32,000 bases of DNA from a cyanobacterium endosymbiont of Epithemia turgida isolate EtSB Lake Yunoko. GTDB taxonomy: Bacteria; Cyanobacteriota; Cyanobacteriia; Cyanobacteriales; Microcystaceae. The notes below the pieces were generated by a model. The model was not told where the DNA came from, did no database searches, and saw nothing but the letters and a program-made list of their open reading frames with translations. Numbering within the stretch: the stretch's first letter is position 1; every line of letters starts with the position of its first letter. Positions 9,853 to 20,900 of the stretch are shown piece by piece. Made by a program: the position numbers and the translations under genes. The stretch spans positions 1,290,001-1,322,000 of the forward strand of contig NZ_AP012549.1 of assembly GCF_000829235.1 (NCBI RefSeq), given 5' to 3'.

Positions 9853-11988
9853 TTATCTCTTGATAATAGCTCCAAAATCGGCTAAAATTCGTCCGTGGTT
9901 TCGAAGTATTCCTAATAAATTTAAGCGATTTTGTCTGATTTTAGTATCTTTATCCATCACTAAAACACTATTGTTCCCATCAAAAAATTCATTTACTGTC
10001 GGAGTAATTTCAACTAAAGCTTCTACCAATAATTGATAGTTTTGTTGAGATTTTGCAGAAAAAGTTTTTGGGAGTAAATCTACTAATTTTTGATAGAATA
10101 ATTTTTCCGAATCCTCTTGAAAAAGTTTATATATAACTACTTTTCTAGGATCAAGTTCAAGAAATCCTAAGTTTCCTTGGGAAGCAAGACGAGTCGAACG
10201 ATTAACCGTTTCATATATATCATCTAACTGACCATTATTTCGGATTTTCTGTAAGAATTTAGCGCGATCACGAACATCTAGTAAATTCTGTAAAGCGCGT
10301 TTCCGAAATTCAGAGTCATCTTGTCCTAGTACTGCATTTATCAAATCATAATCAATCTTTAATTCATCTTGTAAAAGAGTTTGAAGACGTTGAACAAAGA
10401 AGTCTTCTAATTTTGCTAGAGGAGATTTTTTGTGGCTATGAATCGCCACAAAATTTTGACTTCCTTGGTCCAATAATTTTGTTAAATTAATGCCTAATTG
10501 CGCTTTCCAAATAATATTAATGACTCCATTGGCTGCCCGTTTTAAAGCAAAAGGATCAGATGATCCAGTAGGTATCAGACCTAACCCCAAAATACCCACC
10601 AAAGTATCCAGACGATCAGCAAGTCCTACCACCTGACCCGTTAAGGACTGTGGCATGATATCATCTGCCCCACGGGGCAAGTAATGCTCAAAAATTCCTT
10701 GGGCTACTGCTTCCGACTCTCCGCTAATCAGGGCGTACTTTTGTCCCATTATTCCTTGTAATTCAGGAAATTCATAGACCATCTGGGTGACAAGATCTGC
10801 TTTACATAGCATTGCTGTCATTTCAATTTCCTTATATTTTTGTTGTGTTAACTCTAATTGTTGGGTAATTTGTTGGCATAAAGTAATAATGCGATTAACT
10901 TTGTCCTTCATAGTCCCTAATTCTTCTTGAAAGATCACGGTTTCTAGTTTGGGAAGGAAACTATCAAAGGGTTGACTACAGTCTGCATGGTAGAAAAATT
11001 GAGCATCTGCTAGACGGGCACGAATTACCCGTGCATTTCCTGTGGCAATAATCTCGGATTTTGTGCGATCACCATTGGAAATAGTAATAAAGTTAGATAA
11101 TAGTGATCCTTGGGAATTTTTGACCGCAAAATAACGTTGATGAGTCATCATCACGGTAGTAATGACCTCGCTGGGAAGTTCAAGAAATTCGTCATCAAAT
11201 TTTCCAATAATCGCCGTAGGATATTCTACTAGGTTGGTCACTTCCGTTAACAAATCAGAGGTAATATCTGAGGTTCCTTTTAGTTTTTTAGCCATCGTGT
11301 TCACCTCTTTTTCAATGGTTTTACGACGGTAAGCTCGATCCACTTCAACACATACAGTTTGTAAGGTTTCCCTATATTGAGATGCGTGGGGGATAGTAAC
11401 AGGAGCGGGATGAAGAATACGATGGCCATAGGAAATACGATTACTAATTAAGGTGTTTTCTGCATTAGCTAATTGCAAAGGGAGGACTTGATCATCACAC
11501 AGGATCACTAACCAGCGAATGGGACGGGGAAAGCGTAAATCTCCATTTCCCCACCGCATAAATCTTCTTCCTTCTAATTTGGTAATCCAGGTGGGGATTA
11601 GTTTTTGTAAAATCTCCGATGTAGGTTGTCCTTTAATCTTTTTCTCAATAAACACAAAGTCACCTTTTTCCGTAGGGCGAATTTCTAGATCAGCAATTTT
11701 TATTTTCTGTTTACGAGAAAATCCTTCTGCTGATTTAGTGGGTTTTCCGTCTTTAAATGCTACTTGTGCTGATGGACCCTTGATAGTTTTAGTGCGATCG
11801 TTTTGTTGATCGGGGAGTCCTGCAATTAGGACGGCTAAGCGACGAGGTGTCCCATAAAAAGTGATAGACTTCGGAGTGAGAAGTTCTTCTTCTAGGCTAA
11901 AGGGTATGAGTTGTTCCCATTGAACGATTGCACTATCAACAAAATCTGCGGGTAATTCTTCTGTTCCGACTTCTAATAAAAAGAACAT
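9853..11988 (-). CDS. glyS: glycine--tRNA ligase beta subunit
   Basis: 711 aa. N-terminus '[15 protein letters not shown]' and the length are typical of the beta subunit of heterotetrameric GlyRS. Confidence 0.95.
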   Translation of the reverse strand: MFFLLEVGTEELPADFVDSAIVQWEQLIPFSLEEELLTPKSITFYGTPRRLAVLIAGLPDQQNDRTKTIKGPSAQVAFKDGKPTKSAEGFSRKQKIKIADLEIRPTEKGDFVFIEKKIKGQPTSEILQKLIPTWITKLEGRRFMRWGNGDLRFPRPIRWLVILCDDQVLPLQLANAENTLISNRISYGHRILHPAPVTIPHASQYRETLQTVCVEVDRAYRRKTIEKEVNTMAKKLKGTSDITSDLLTEVTNLVEYPTAIIGKFDDEFLELPSEVITTVMMTHQRYFAVKNSQGSLLSNFITISNGDRTKSEIIATGNARVIRARLADAQFFYHADCSQPFDSFLPKLETVIFQEELGTMKDKVNRIITLCQQITQQLELTQQKYKEIEMTAMLCKADLVTQMVYEFPELQGIMGQKYALISGESEAVAQGIFEHYLPRGADDIMPQSLTGQVVGLADRLDTLVGILGLGLIPTGSSDPFALKRAANGVINIIWKAQLGINLTKLLDQGSQNFVAIHSHKKSPLAKLEDFFVQRLQTLLQDELKIDYDLINAVLGQDDSEFRKRALQNLLDVRDRAKFLQKIRNNGQLDDIYETVNRSTRLASQGNLGFLELDPRKVVIYKLFQEDSEKLFYQKLVDLLPKTFSAKSQQNYQLLVEALVEITPTVNEFFDGNNSVLVMDKDTKIRQNRLNLLGILRNHGRILADFGAIIKR

Positions 11989-13769
11989 ATTTATTGACGA
12001 TGGTAAATTTTAGACTAAAGGATTATGATGCCACGTGAAGGTGAAAGGTAAACAAGCTGATTTTAAAAAAATTTTAGCAATGTTACTTAACCCAACTTTG
12101 TAAATATCGATAGCGCATACTACTGTAAAAGTTATCCTATCTAATGATACCTTGTTAGCATTAGTTATCGCTTTTTATATTCATAATTGCTTTGATTGTG
12201 CTTAACTTTTTAATTGGGTTCATTTTTGATAATAATTCAGTTTAAAATCATAGCTTTTTTACTTTATACAGAGAGGGAGTAGAGCAATAATTATCAAATT
12301 TAACTAGCTGTTTAAAAACTTATTACATAATGATAAAGGAAGTGTAAGTTTTATGTTTAAATACCAGAGAGGAGAAGGTTAAGTATATTTAATATTGAAT
12401 AAATACATAGCATTACACAAATATATTAAGACTATTTTTGGTTTAAGAAATAAGCAGACAAATAGTGAAGTAAGCGCTATCAGAATTTTTTTTAAAAAAA
12501 GAGTTGGTTTTATTGGCGACTTTAAAAATGGAATAATCTTTAATTTTTAAAGCGTTAAAAAATATTTAAAGAATTCTATTTTAAACTCTTAATAAGAGAG
12601 AAGCTATTAGAAAAATTTTATAAAATAACTAGATATAAACGATGGTGTCCCTCACCTAATTTTTCAGATTTAAATAAAATTAACAATTTGTAGTCTATTG
12701 TAAAAACTTAACTCAAACAAGTGTTCTCTAAACTTGCAACAGTTATAAAATCCCTAGATAGGGTTTTTAACAATTATTTTAATATTTTTGTGTCAGATTA
12801 TACCTAGCATATATTTAAGGAAAAGAACAATTGTGGGATTTTTAAAGCCGTGAAGTTGTACCAACCTGATGGTATAAAATTAATTAATCAAATGTCAAGT
12901 CAATAAATTTTAGAATTAAAAATTTACCAATCCTATTTTGAATAAACTTTAATTTATTTTGAAAGTATTCTCCTATTTACTGTATTACTTATTAGTAAAA
13001 ATAGACAATATCTTTTTTAGATTAACGTTTAGCTTAACTATTATACAGCTTTTTATCTATGAAAATAAGTTTTTGACATCCATCAGCTAATTATAAGAGT
13101 TATGATACCCAGTCTAATTTTTTCTTAAAAGTTGGTTAATTTTTTTAAAGAATTGATCTATTTATAATAGTACTGATGATAGTATACTGTCTATGACTGT
13201 CAATTTATACATCTGGTTTAATTAGTCCTTTCTTTCTTTTCTTAAAGTTTATTGTTTTTTTATTAGCACTTTCAATTTCTCTGTTTTATTATTTATTATT
13301 TTTTGAAATCTAATAATCAAATATTGACTTATATGAATACATAAAATTGTCTGATACTACTAAATAGTATAGCACTATACATTGATAATATAGATATCAA
13401 AAAATACAATATATATTATATATTAAAAAAAACAATATTTTTACTCTAAATTTATATTCATTTTACTGTTTTTTAAATGTGTTTACTTTTATGACTATTA
13501 TGCTGCTTCTCTCTTTATCTACTAAAGCTACATAATGAATTCTCTTTTTCACTTATGTCAACAACATTAATTGCTAATTATTTAATTATTTGATAGTTCT
13601 TGATTTGCAATTTTAGAACAAATTTTTTAGACGTTATTTTTATATATTATTAACTTATATTATTATTTGCAATTACTAATTCAATATTTTCTAAACTTCT
13701 TAAAAACCTAAAAGTATTTTAAGGTAATCTGAATTTTTTATAAATGTATGCTCATACTCATAATATCTC

Positions 13770-13836
13770 ATATAATAATAATTAATACTAAAATATAATT
13801 ATTATTATATCTATCCTAGATATAATAATAATTAAT
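13770..13836. repeat. direct-inverted-direct AT repeat (17-nt direct repeat flanking a 15-nt inverted copy)
   Basis: atataataataattaat occurs at 13770-13786 and again exactly at 13820-13836. taattattattatat at 13796-13810 is the reverse complement of the first 15 nt of both copies. Confidence 0.8.
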
Positions 13837-14288
13837 TAGTTTAAAATACTATTTAATTTGACAGTTAAATATATTTTTTTGATAAATAGAAATATTGGTA
13901 TCTCAATAAAGTTTGATAATCGGGAATAATAAGTCCTATTATATTTATAATTTAATTTATAAAAAAAAGTTAACCATTTGGTCTCGTAGTTATAAAGTTA
14001 GTTAATATGTTGAGTGTAACGCGCTTTAATGTTAATATTATATTTTGTATAACTAATATTATTAGTATCTTCTCCTACTTCAGGAGCTATATTCAACAGT
14101 ACTAGAAATTTATCAAAATTTTTATAGCTAGCAATTGTGAGACCCGTAAAGCTATTATTAATTTAGCTAATTTTTAATATTTAAGTCATCTTCTAAGAAG
14201 ATTATACTATAGAATTTTTCTATATTTTATAGGCTAAAGTGTGTAATGATAGGAGGAAAATTTTTCCTGTAAAAGTCAAGAAATACTA

Positions 14289-15080
14289 ATGGTTATCTCT
14301 ACTGAGCCCAAAATTTTAGCTCTGGATTTTGATGGCGTTATTTGTAATGGTTTATTAGAATATTTTCAAACGACTAAATTTACATATACTCAAATTTGGA
14401 ATGAACATTCTTCAGAATTTCTTAATACTTTTGCCGATAGTTTTTATCGATTACGTCCTGTGATTGAAACGGGGTGGGAAATGCCTATTTTATTAAGAGC
14501 TTTGGTCCTGGGTTTTAATCAGAATCAGATGCAAGATAATTGGACTAACCTTTGTCAAAAAATTATCGTATCAGATAACTTAAACAAACAAACTCTTATG
14601 ACTCAACTCGATGAGGTCAGAGATCATTGGATTCATTCTGATTTAGAAGGCTGGTTAAAACTACATCAATTTTATCCTGGAATGATCAAAAAAATTGGTG
14701 AAATTATTAGATCTTCTACTCTCTTATATATTGTTACTACTAAAGAAGGACGGTTTGTTCAACAATTATTAAGAAAACAGGGAGTAGAATTACCGAAAAA
14801 AAATATTTTAGGTAAAGAAGTAAAACAACCTAAATATAAAATTTTGAGACACTTAATTCAAGAAAATTACCTACTTGATAATCAACTATGGTTTGTTGAA
14901 GACTTATTGAAAACCTTGTACAAAGTTCAACAACAATCAGATTTAAAAGAGGTTAAGCTATTTTTAGCTAACTGGGGATTTAATACATCTAAAAATCATG
15001 ATTTAGCTAAAAGCAATCCAAACATTAATTTACTTTCTTTAGAGCAGTTCAACAATAGTTATTCATCTTGGCTGGGCTAA
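14289..15080 (+). CDS. HAD-superfamily hydrolase-like protein
   Basis: 263 aa. HAD motif I 'LALDFDGVI' near the N-terminus and a later 'YIVTTKEGRF' element. Substrate unknown. Confidence 0.78.
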   Translation: MVISTEPKILALDFDGVICNGLLEYFQTTKFTYTQIWNEHSSEFLNTFADSFYRLRPVIETGWEMPILLRALVLGFNQNQMQDNWTNLCQKIIVSDNLNKQTLMTQLDEVRDHWIHSDLEGWLKLHQFYPGMIKKIGEIIRSSTLLYIVTTKEGRFVQQLLRKQGVELPKKNILGKEVKQPKYKILRHLIQENYLLDNQLWFVEDLLKTLYKVQQQSDLKEVKLFLANWGFNTSKNHDLAKSNPNINLLSLEQFNNSYSSWLG

Positions 15081-15127
15081 TTTAAATTATTTAACTCTTT
15101 ATTGTGTTCCATGCGATTTTGCAAAAA

Positions 15128-15820
15128 ATGTTACAAAAACGACCCCAGACAACAGTTATTTTAGCCATGACAGCCGATGGCAAAATTGCGGATTTCCAAC
15201 GCAACCCTTCACAATTTGGTTCTCGGGCGGACAAAGCCCATTTAGAGGAGCAAATCTCTTTAATGGATGGAGTTCTTTTCGGGGCAGAAACTTTAAGGGT
15301 TTATGGAACAACTTTGTCAATTACAAACTCTCTCTTGTTAGAAACTCGAAGACAAAAAGATAAACCGCTGCAACCCGTACAAATTGTAGTTTCTGGATCG
15401 GGAAAAATAGATCCTAATATGGGCTTTTTTTCTCAATTGATTCCTCGTTGGCTAATAACAACAATAGAAGGGGCTAATACTTGGAACAAAAAATGTCATC
15501 AGGGATTTGAAAGGTTAGTTATTTCTAATGTAGATCAAGGGAGAAAGATAAATTGGCACAATATATTTGAACGTTTATATCGATTAAAACTAAGTAAATT
15601 AGCTATTTTAGGAGGAGGGAACTTAATTGCTTCTCTTTTAGAAGCTAATTTGATTGATAACTTATGGCTAACTATTTGTCCTCTCCTGCTTGGTGGGGTG
15701 ACATCTCCTACTCCAGTTGAAGGAGTGGGTTTTCTCTCTCATCAGGCTAAACTCTTACAATTATTGACAGTTAAGCAAATTGAACAAGAAATTTTTCTTC
15801 ATTATCGGCTACACCACTAG
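15128..15820 (+). CDS. RibD C-terminal domain (DHFR-like) reductase family protein
   Basis: The ORF opens at GTG 15104, but ATG 15128 gives 'MLQKRPQTTVILAMTADGKIA', the usual start of this domain. 'LGGGNLIASLL' lies near the C-terminus. 230 aa. Confidence 0.8.
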   Translation: MLQKRPQTTVILAMTADGKIADFQRNPSQFGSRADKAHLEEQISLMDGVLFGAETLRVYGTTLSITNSLLLETRRQKDKPLQPVQIVVSGSGKIDPNMGFFSQLIPRWLITTIEGANTWNKKCHQGFERLVISNVDQGRKINWHNIFERLYRLKLSKLAILGGGNLIASLLEANLIDNLWLTICPLLLGGVTSPTPVEGVGFLSHQAKLLQLLTVKQIEQEIFLHYRLHH

Positions 15821-15865
15821 AAAATATTGATTATTCTATAGAAAGATAACTCTCCTCCTATTCAC

Positions 15866-15873
15866 GCGATCGC
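15866..15873. repeat. HIP1 octamer GCGATCGC
   Basis: Exact GCGATCGC at 15866-15873, 2 nt upstream of the ATG at 15876. Confidence 0.9.
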
Positions 15874-15875
15874 TA

Positions 15876-17048
15876 ATGGTTGAACAAATAAAACCCCAAT
15901 ACTTCATCGCTTGGATTCAAAAAATTGCCGAAATTCCTAAATCTGCCTGGGATGAACTTGCTCAAACCTTAAAAACACCATTTTTAGAATGGGAGTGGCT
16001 CAATAATATCGAAATATCCCGAAGTGCTATTCCAAGCACTGGATGGCAACCGAATCATCTTACAATATGGCGAGATAAACAACTTATTGGAGCAGCGCCT
16101 CTTTATATTAAAAGTCATAGTTACGGAGAATTTGTCTTTGATTATCAATGGACAAATTTATCCCATCGCTTAGGTGTTCCTTATTATCCTAAATTGTTAG
16201 GGATGACTCCTTTTACTCCAGCAGTAGGATATCGTTTTTTAATTGCGCCAAAAGAAGATGAAGCAGAAATTACCCAATTAATGATAACTGCGATTGACCA
16301 TTTTTGTGATCACAATCGACTGTCAGGGTGTCATTTCTTATTTGTTGATCCTGACTGGCGGCAATTAATGGAAAATAATGGTTTTAGCTCTTGGCTCCAT
16401 CATAGTTATATTTGGTCTAATAAAGGGTTTAAGAGTTTTGATGATTATCTAGCTATTTTTAACGCTAATCAACGCCGTAATATTAAGCGAGAGCGAAAAG
16501 CAGTTACTAAAGCCGGTTTACAGATGAAAACTTTTATAGGAGAAGACATTCCTCATGATTTATTTCCTTTAATTTATAAATTTTATAGTAGTACTTGTGA
16601 GAAATTTGATTGGGGAAGTCAGTATTTAACCAGCAAGTTTTTTGAACGACTTTATCCCTATTATCGTCATCGAATAGTTTTGGTGGCTGCTTATACTGAA
16701 GATAATAATGAATGTCCTGTGGGAATGTCTTTTTGTCTACGAAAAAAAAAGAATTTATATGGGCGTTATTGGGGTTGTTTAGAAGAATATGACTGTCTTC
16801 ATTTTGAAGCTTGTTACTATCAACCTATTCAATGGGCAATTCAAGAGGGAATCTCCATATTCGATCCTGGGGCAGGAGGATTACATAAGCAACGCAGAGG
16901 CTTTGTGGCTACTCCTAACTACAGTTTACACCGCTTTTACGATCAAAAAATGAGTCAAATTCTTAGACTCTATATTGGAGAAGTAAATAAGATGGAACAG
17001 GAAAAAATTGACACGATTAACGAAAACTTACCCTTCAGTCAACACTGA
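15876..17048 (+). CDS. FemAB-like/GNAT-fold acyltransferase family protein (COG3146, former DUF482)
   Basis: 390 aa. 'PFLEWEWLNNIE...GWQPNHL...PLYIKSHSYGEFVFDYQW' resembles that family as I remember it; not searched. Confidence 0.75.
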   Translation: MVEQIKPQYFIAWIQKIAEIPKSAWDELAQTLKTPFLEWEWLNNIEISRSAIPSTGWQPNHLTIWRDKQLIGAAPLYIKSHSYGEFVFDYQWTNLSHRLGVPYYPKLLGMTPFTPAVGYRFLIAPKEDEAEITQLMITAIDHFCDHNRLSGCHFLFVDPDWRQLMENNGFSSWLHHSYIWSNKGFKSFDDYLAIFNANQRRNIKRERKAVTKAGLQMKTFIGEDIPHDLFPLIYKFYSSTCEKFDWGSQYLTSKFFERLYPYYRHRIVLVAAYTEDNNECPVGMSFCLRKKKNLYGRYWGCLEEYDCLHFEACYYQPIQWAIQEGISIFDPGAGGLHKQRRGFVATPNYSLHRFYDQKMSQILRLYIGEVNKMEQEKIDTINENLPFSQH

Positions 17049-17265
17049 ATCTAGTTTAAGCTCTAAAGCCTGAATGGCTCTACCCAGATCAGATTGGAAG
17101 TCTTATCAGATAGGTAAAATTCCAATGATTCACTCTTGATCGAGATAACTCTTTGAATTTTCTTATTTACAGTCTGCAACGATTTTACAGTAGAATTTAG
17201 CTGTTGTTTATCCCCAATCCTTTGGCTTTATGCCCTTTCCACTGAAGATAGTTTATGAATCAGGA

Positions 17266-17310
17266 AAGATTATGTATCAAAAAGGTCAGCGATTTTTGAT
17301 ACATAATCTT
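17266..17310. promoter_or_regulatory. perfect 18-bp inverted repeat upstream of the small HTH-like ORF (operator or orphan hairpin)
   Basis: aagattatgtatcaaaaa (17266-17283) is the exact reverse complement of tttttgatacataatctt (17293-17310), with a 9-nt loop. It lies 218 nt after the acyltransferase stop and 124 nt before ATG 17434. No U-tract follows it. Confidence 0.4.
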
Positions 17311-17433
17311 CAAACCTGATCCTAGAGAAAAAACTAGCTATGATGAGAAATAGTAAGGTTGATACAAATGTTAGGTACTTAAATAACCATTTACTTCAGC
17401 TCAAAACTACGTAAATTTGCAGCATATATTATT

Positions 17434-17715
17434 ATGATTGAATCATCTGTCACTACCCTTGACGAAATACAATTGACCCGTGAAGAACGAGTTATCGAAA
17501 TTAAAAATCTCATAGAAACTCTCCGTATTGCTGATGAAATATCTAACAGAGGGTACTTAATTACTAGCTCAGAATTAGCTGATTTAATGGATGTTAATGC
17601 TAGTGCTGTGACCAGTCGAGGCGATCATTGGTCTTGGCGTAATTGGGTCGTATCACGAGTAAGAAGAGAGGGGAATCAAATTCTCTGGCAACTTGAACGA
17701 ACTGATTTGGAGTAA
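17434..17715 (+). CDS. small conserved-looking hypothetical protein with helix-turn-helix-like segment
   Basis: 93-aa ORF of normal (not AT-skewed) composition. 'ITSSELADLMDVNASAVTSRG' looks like an HTH. A good hairpin terminator follows. Confidence 0.55.
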   Translation: MIESSVTTLDEIQLTREERVIEIKNLIETLRIADEISNRGYLITSSELADLMDVNASAVTSRGDHWSWRNWVVSRVRREGNQILWQLERTDLE

Positions 17716-17836
17716 GGGCAAATCTTACTCAACATTGAAGACTTAGAAGTAACCAAGTCATTATTAATTGCCTAATTATATTTTATTTGACCCCTTTGTG
17801 ATGATTGAAACAATTAAATTTACGTCTTAATTATTG

Positions 17837-17870
17837 AGCAACGGTTTAAACAACCGTTGCTTTCAATCAT
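17837..17870 (+). terminator. intrinsic terminator-like hairpin after the 93-aa ORF
   Basis: agcaacggtt (17837-17846) pairs with aaccgttgct (17852-17861) around loop taaac, followed by TTCAATCATTTATT. An outer complementary pair atgattgaaa (17801-17810) / tttcaatcat (17861-17870) nests around it. Confidence 0.6.
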
Positions 17871-17980
17871 TTATTGATGATCTTCTATTTATTAGGATAT
17901 GAATCAGTTTTTTTTATTTAAGCGAATTGATTAATATAAAAAGTATTTGTTGACTGAGCTAAGACTTTTATCGATATAAT

Positions 17981-20900
17981 TATGACAACTGATAATCAAA
18001 AAATTATAGTTAATATCTCAACAAAAGATATACAGGTTTATATTTGTCAAATTTTTGATAAAAAGTGGTTTATTTCATATAAGATTATATCAAAAAATTT
18101 TAGTAAATATTCAAAATGCAGTTATTCAAGATATCCGAGATATTATGGAAATTAACACTCATAAATTGCTGAATACAAAATAACTATAAGTAATCAGAAT
18201 GATGACCACTGTAGCGGCCAATACTTGACTTAAAAGAAAAGGTACTCACACAGGTTTACTGATCACCACAAAATTTAAATATACTCTAAAAATTGGCTAT
18301 TAACTATTAAGATATATTCAATATTTTTATATTTCATATAATCTTGATTTCAATGTTACATAAATATGTTATTGAAGTTGATAAAAGATATAATTTTAAG
18401 AGTCATGAATTAAAATCAATTAACTATAAACAGATATATCAAGATTTAAAATAAATTTATGACCCAAAAATTTAAATATGTTCTATTTTTGTACGCACAG
18501 GTTTAGGTTTTCTCATAATGAAAATTAAGTTGGTAAAATTTATCAAAAAATTGGCTTTACTCAAGTTTCAGTTTCCTATCAAGTTAGTCTTTTAATGAAA
18601 CTGGTAGCGAACGGGGAAACTAAGGTTGTTGATGCTTATTTATCACCTATTTTACGTCGACATATAGACCGAGTTTGGAATAAGTTACTTCATGTCAAGT
18701 TAATGTTGATAAATTTCATGGACAAGAAGTATCTTATCAGGTCTTGTAGGATAAATTGTTGGGACAGTTAAAACTAGTTTAAGGGCAGCCTTTAAAAAGA
18801 TAATTACTTTCAATATAGGGGGAACTTCTACTGATGTTGCTTACTTCAATGGGGAATATAAAAAACAGATTGATAATGAAATTGCCAGGAACAGAATTCG
18901 AGTTCCTATGTTAAGGATTCACATAGTGGATATTGGTGGTAATTACATACTATTTTTTGATAGATTTAGCTTTCATGTGGGACCAAAATCTGCTGAGGTA
19001 AATTCTGAACATACTTGCTATCGTCATGGTAGACTATTGACAGTAAAAGATGCTAATGTTATGGTAAAAAAAATTAGCTCTAGTTATTTTCCTATTGTTT
19101 TTAAAAATTAATAAAATTTACCTTGATATCAAGAAAGCGTTAGTCAAAAATTTACTTGACTGACATAAGAATTTTGTTGCGTTATAGGTAATTCAATTAA
19201 ACCCAAAGAAGTCGCCAATGGCTTTATTTTAATTGCTATTTACAATATGGCTGACGCAATTTAAAAAGTCTCTTTACAAAAAGGCTTTAATATGAACAAA
19301 TATACTTTTATTAGTTTTGGTAGTGAGTGTAAAAAGATGAGTTTAATGTTGAATTTTAGATACTTTAGGTATCAAAATAATTTTTCTTCATCCTGATGTA
19401 GGAGCTTTAAGTACTTATGGAATGGGTTTGGCAGATATTTGTATAATTCGAGAAAAATATGTTGAACAGTTATTAACTTAAGAGTTAGTTTCTCAGTTAA
19501 GTATATTGAGTAATGAGTTATAAATTAAAGATAATTATAAACTTAATTTTTATACTTTATAAGTAAACATGGAGTCAGTAAAAAAGTAACCTTAAAATAT
19601 AAAGTGATAGACTCAACTTTATTAATTTATCTTTTAGATTCGCCAGAAACGATAGTTTAATTATTTTAAGAAAAGTATCAGTAGCGCTACGGTTTTATTC
19701 AATCGAAATAACCCTTAATTATAGAATTTATTTCTGTCGATTTAGCCAACAAAAATTACAGAAGAGCTTTTAATTAATCATATTCGTCCCCTTAATGAGT
19801 ATCCTAACTATCATAGGTAAAAATAGTTTCAATTTTTACCTATGATAGTTAGTACGATTCTCTCATTTATAAACGAGAATACTTATAACCTTAAGATAAT
19901 ATTAAAAGACTTGTAATTATAGTTAATAGAATTAGTTCTATTCTTGTTAAATATAACTGGAAAGCGATATTCCCGGAGTCTAATCATCTTATTCTACAAG
20001 GATATTGATTGTCTAGGTTTAGTTTAAAAATGAGGCTAAGATATTTAAACATATAGTTATGCAATACAAATTTTTAATTTATAAATAATAGTTGAAGGTT
20101 TTGTATCTATCTCTTTTTTATAAAAATGACTATAAAAAACTATTTTTTAAAATTTATACTATCTATGGCTAACGGTCAGTATTTTTTAAAAAAACAATGA
20201 AAGTTTAGTAAAAAATTTTGTACTTAAACTTGAGAACAGATAAGCTTATCTTTTATGTCGCGTCCTGTGGTCATTAAGCAAATATTAGGGGAATTACTCT
20301 AGGCTCAATGTTTCCCCATTCTAAATCTATCTTAGATATCTTAGAAAAAAGTATTTTATTTGATAATTATCTTTTGGTATAATTAGTAATTTCTTAAGAA
20401 GAAAATATTATAAATATTTGATATAAAAATCTATATTTTGCACAAAATTTATAACAAGACATTATGGGCTTAAAATTCTAAATAATAGTCAATAAAACGG
20501 TGAAAAAACCTATACTGTACGATTGAATTATATGAAATCAATACCGTACATAATTATATAGAGTTTATTCTATATAATGCTAAAAATATATCAAGAAAGC
20601 TATAAAAATTTTAAAAAATAAAAAATTTATCTATACCTTATATTAAAGATTAAAAATTAAAACAAGAGTCACTGTAAACGAAACCAGTCCTTAAAAACCT
20701 ATTGATTTTATTAAAATTTTCTCCAGAAAAATAATTATTTTAATACCTATAAAGTAGTTACTTGAGTAGCTACTTTATATATCTTTATAACTTTGGTAAA
20801 GGATAATATTTCGCTCAAGAGTGGATGCCTAAAACTATTTAATCTAATCTTTTCTGAAGGAAGGTTGTCTATTAAATCCCAATTACTGGCTGAAGTTGTT

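Noticed and set aside
11519-11809. 96-aa antisense ORF within glyS
   Set aside because: Shadow ORF opposite a 711-aa conserved gene.
13770-13836. Possible CRISPR array or tandem repeat
   Set aside because: There are only two direct copies plus one inverted copy. There is no regular repeat-spacer periodicity and no cas genes. The content is pure A/T.
11989-14288. Replication origin (AT-rich block with DnaA boxes)
   Set aside because: I found no cluster of TTATCCACA/TGTGGATAA-like boxes. The closest is tgtgggatt near 12832, with two mismatches, and it is single. No dnaA or dnaN lies nearby.
18908-19111. ORFs 18908-19111, 20793-20975 and 22819-23094 listed as separate ORFs
   Set aside because: They are not independent genes. 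Each is an open fragment of a larger pseudogene (oxoprolinase or ABC1 kinase) and is included in those calls.
19804-19852. Hairpins as MITEs or IS terminal inverted repeats
   Set aside because: The arms are adjacent (7-20 nt loops), not the ends of a longer element. I saw no target-site duplications. The different hairpins share no sequence, and no transposase is present in the window.
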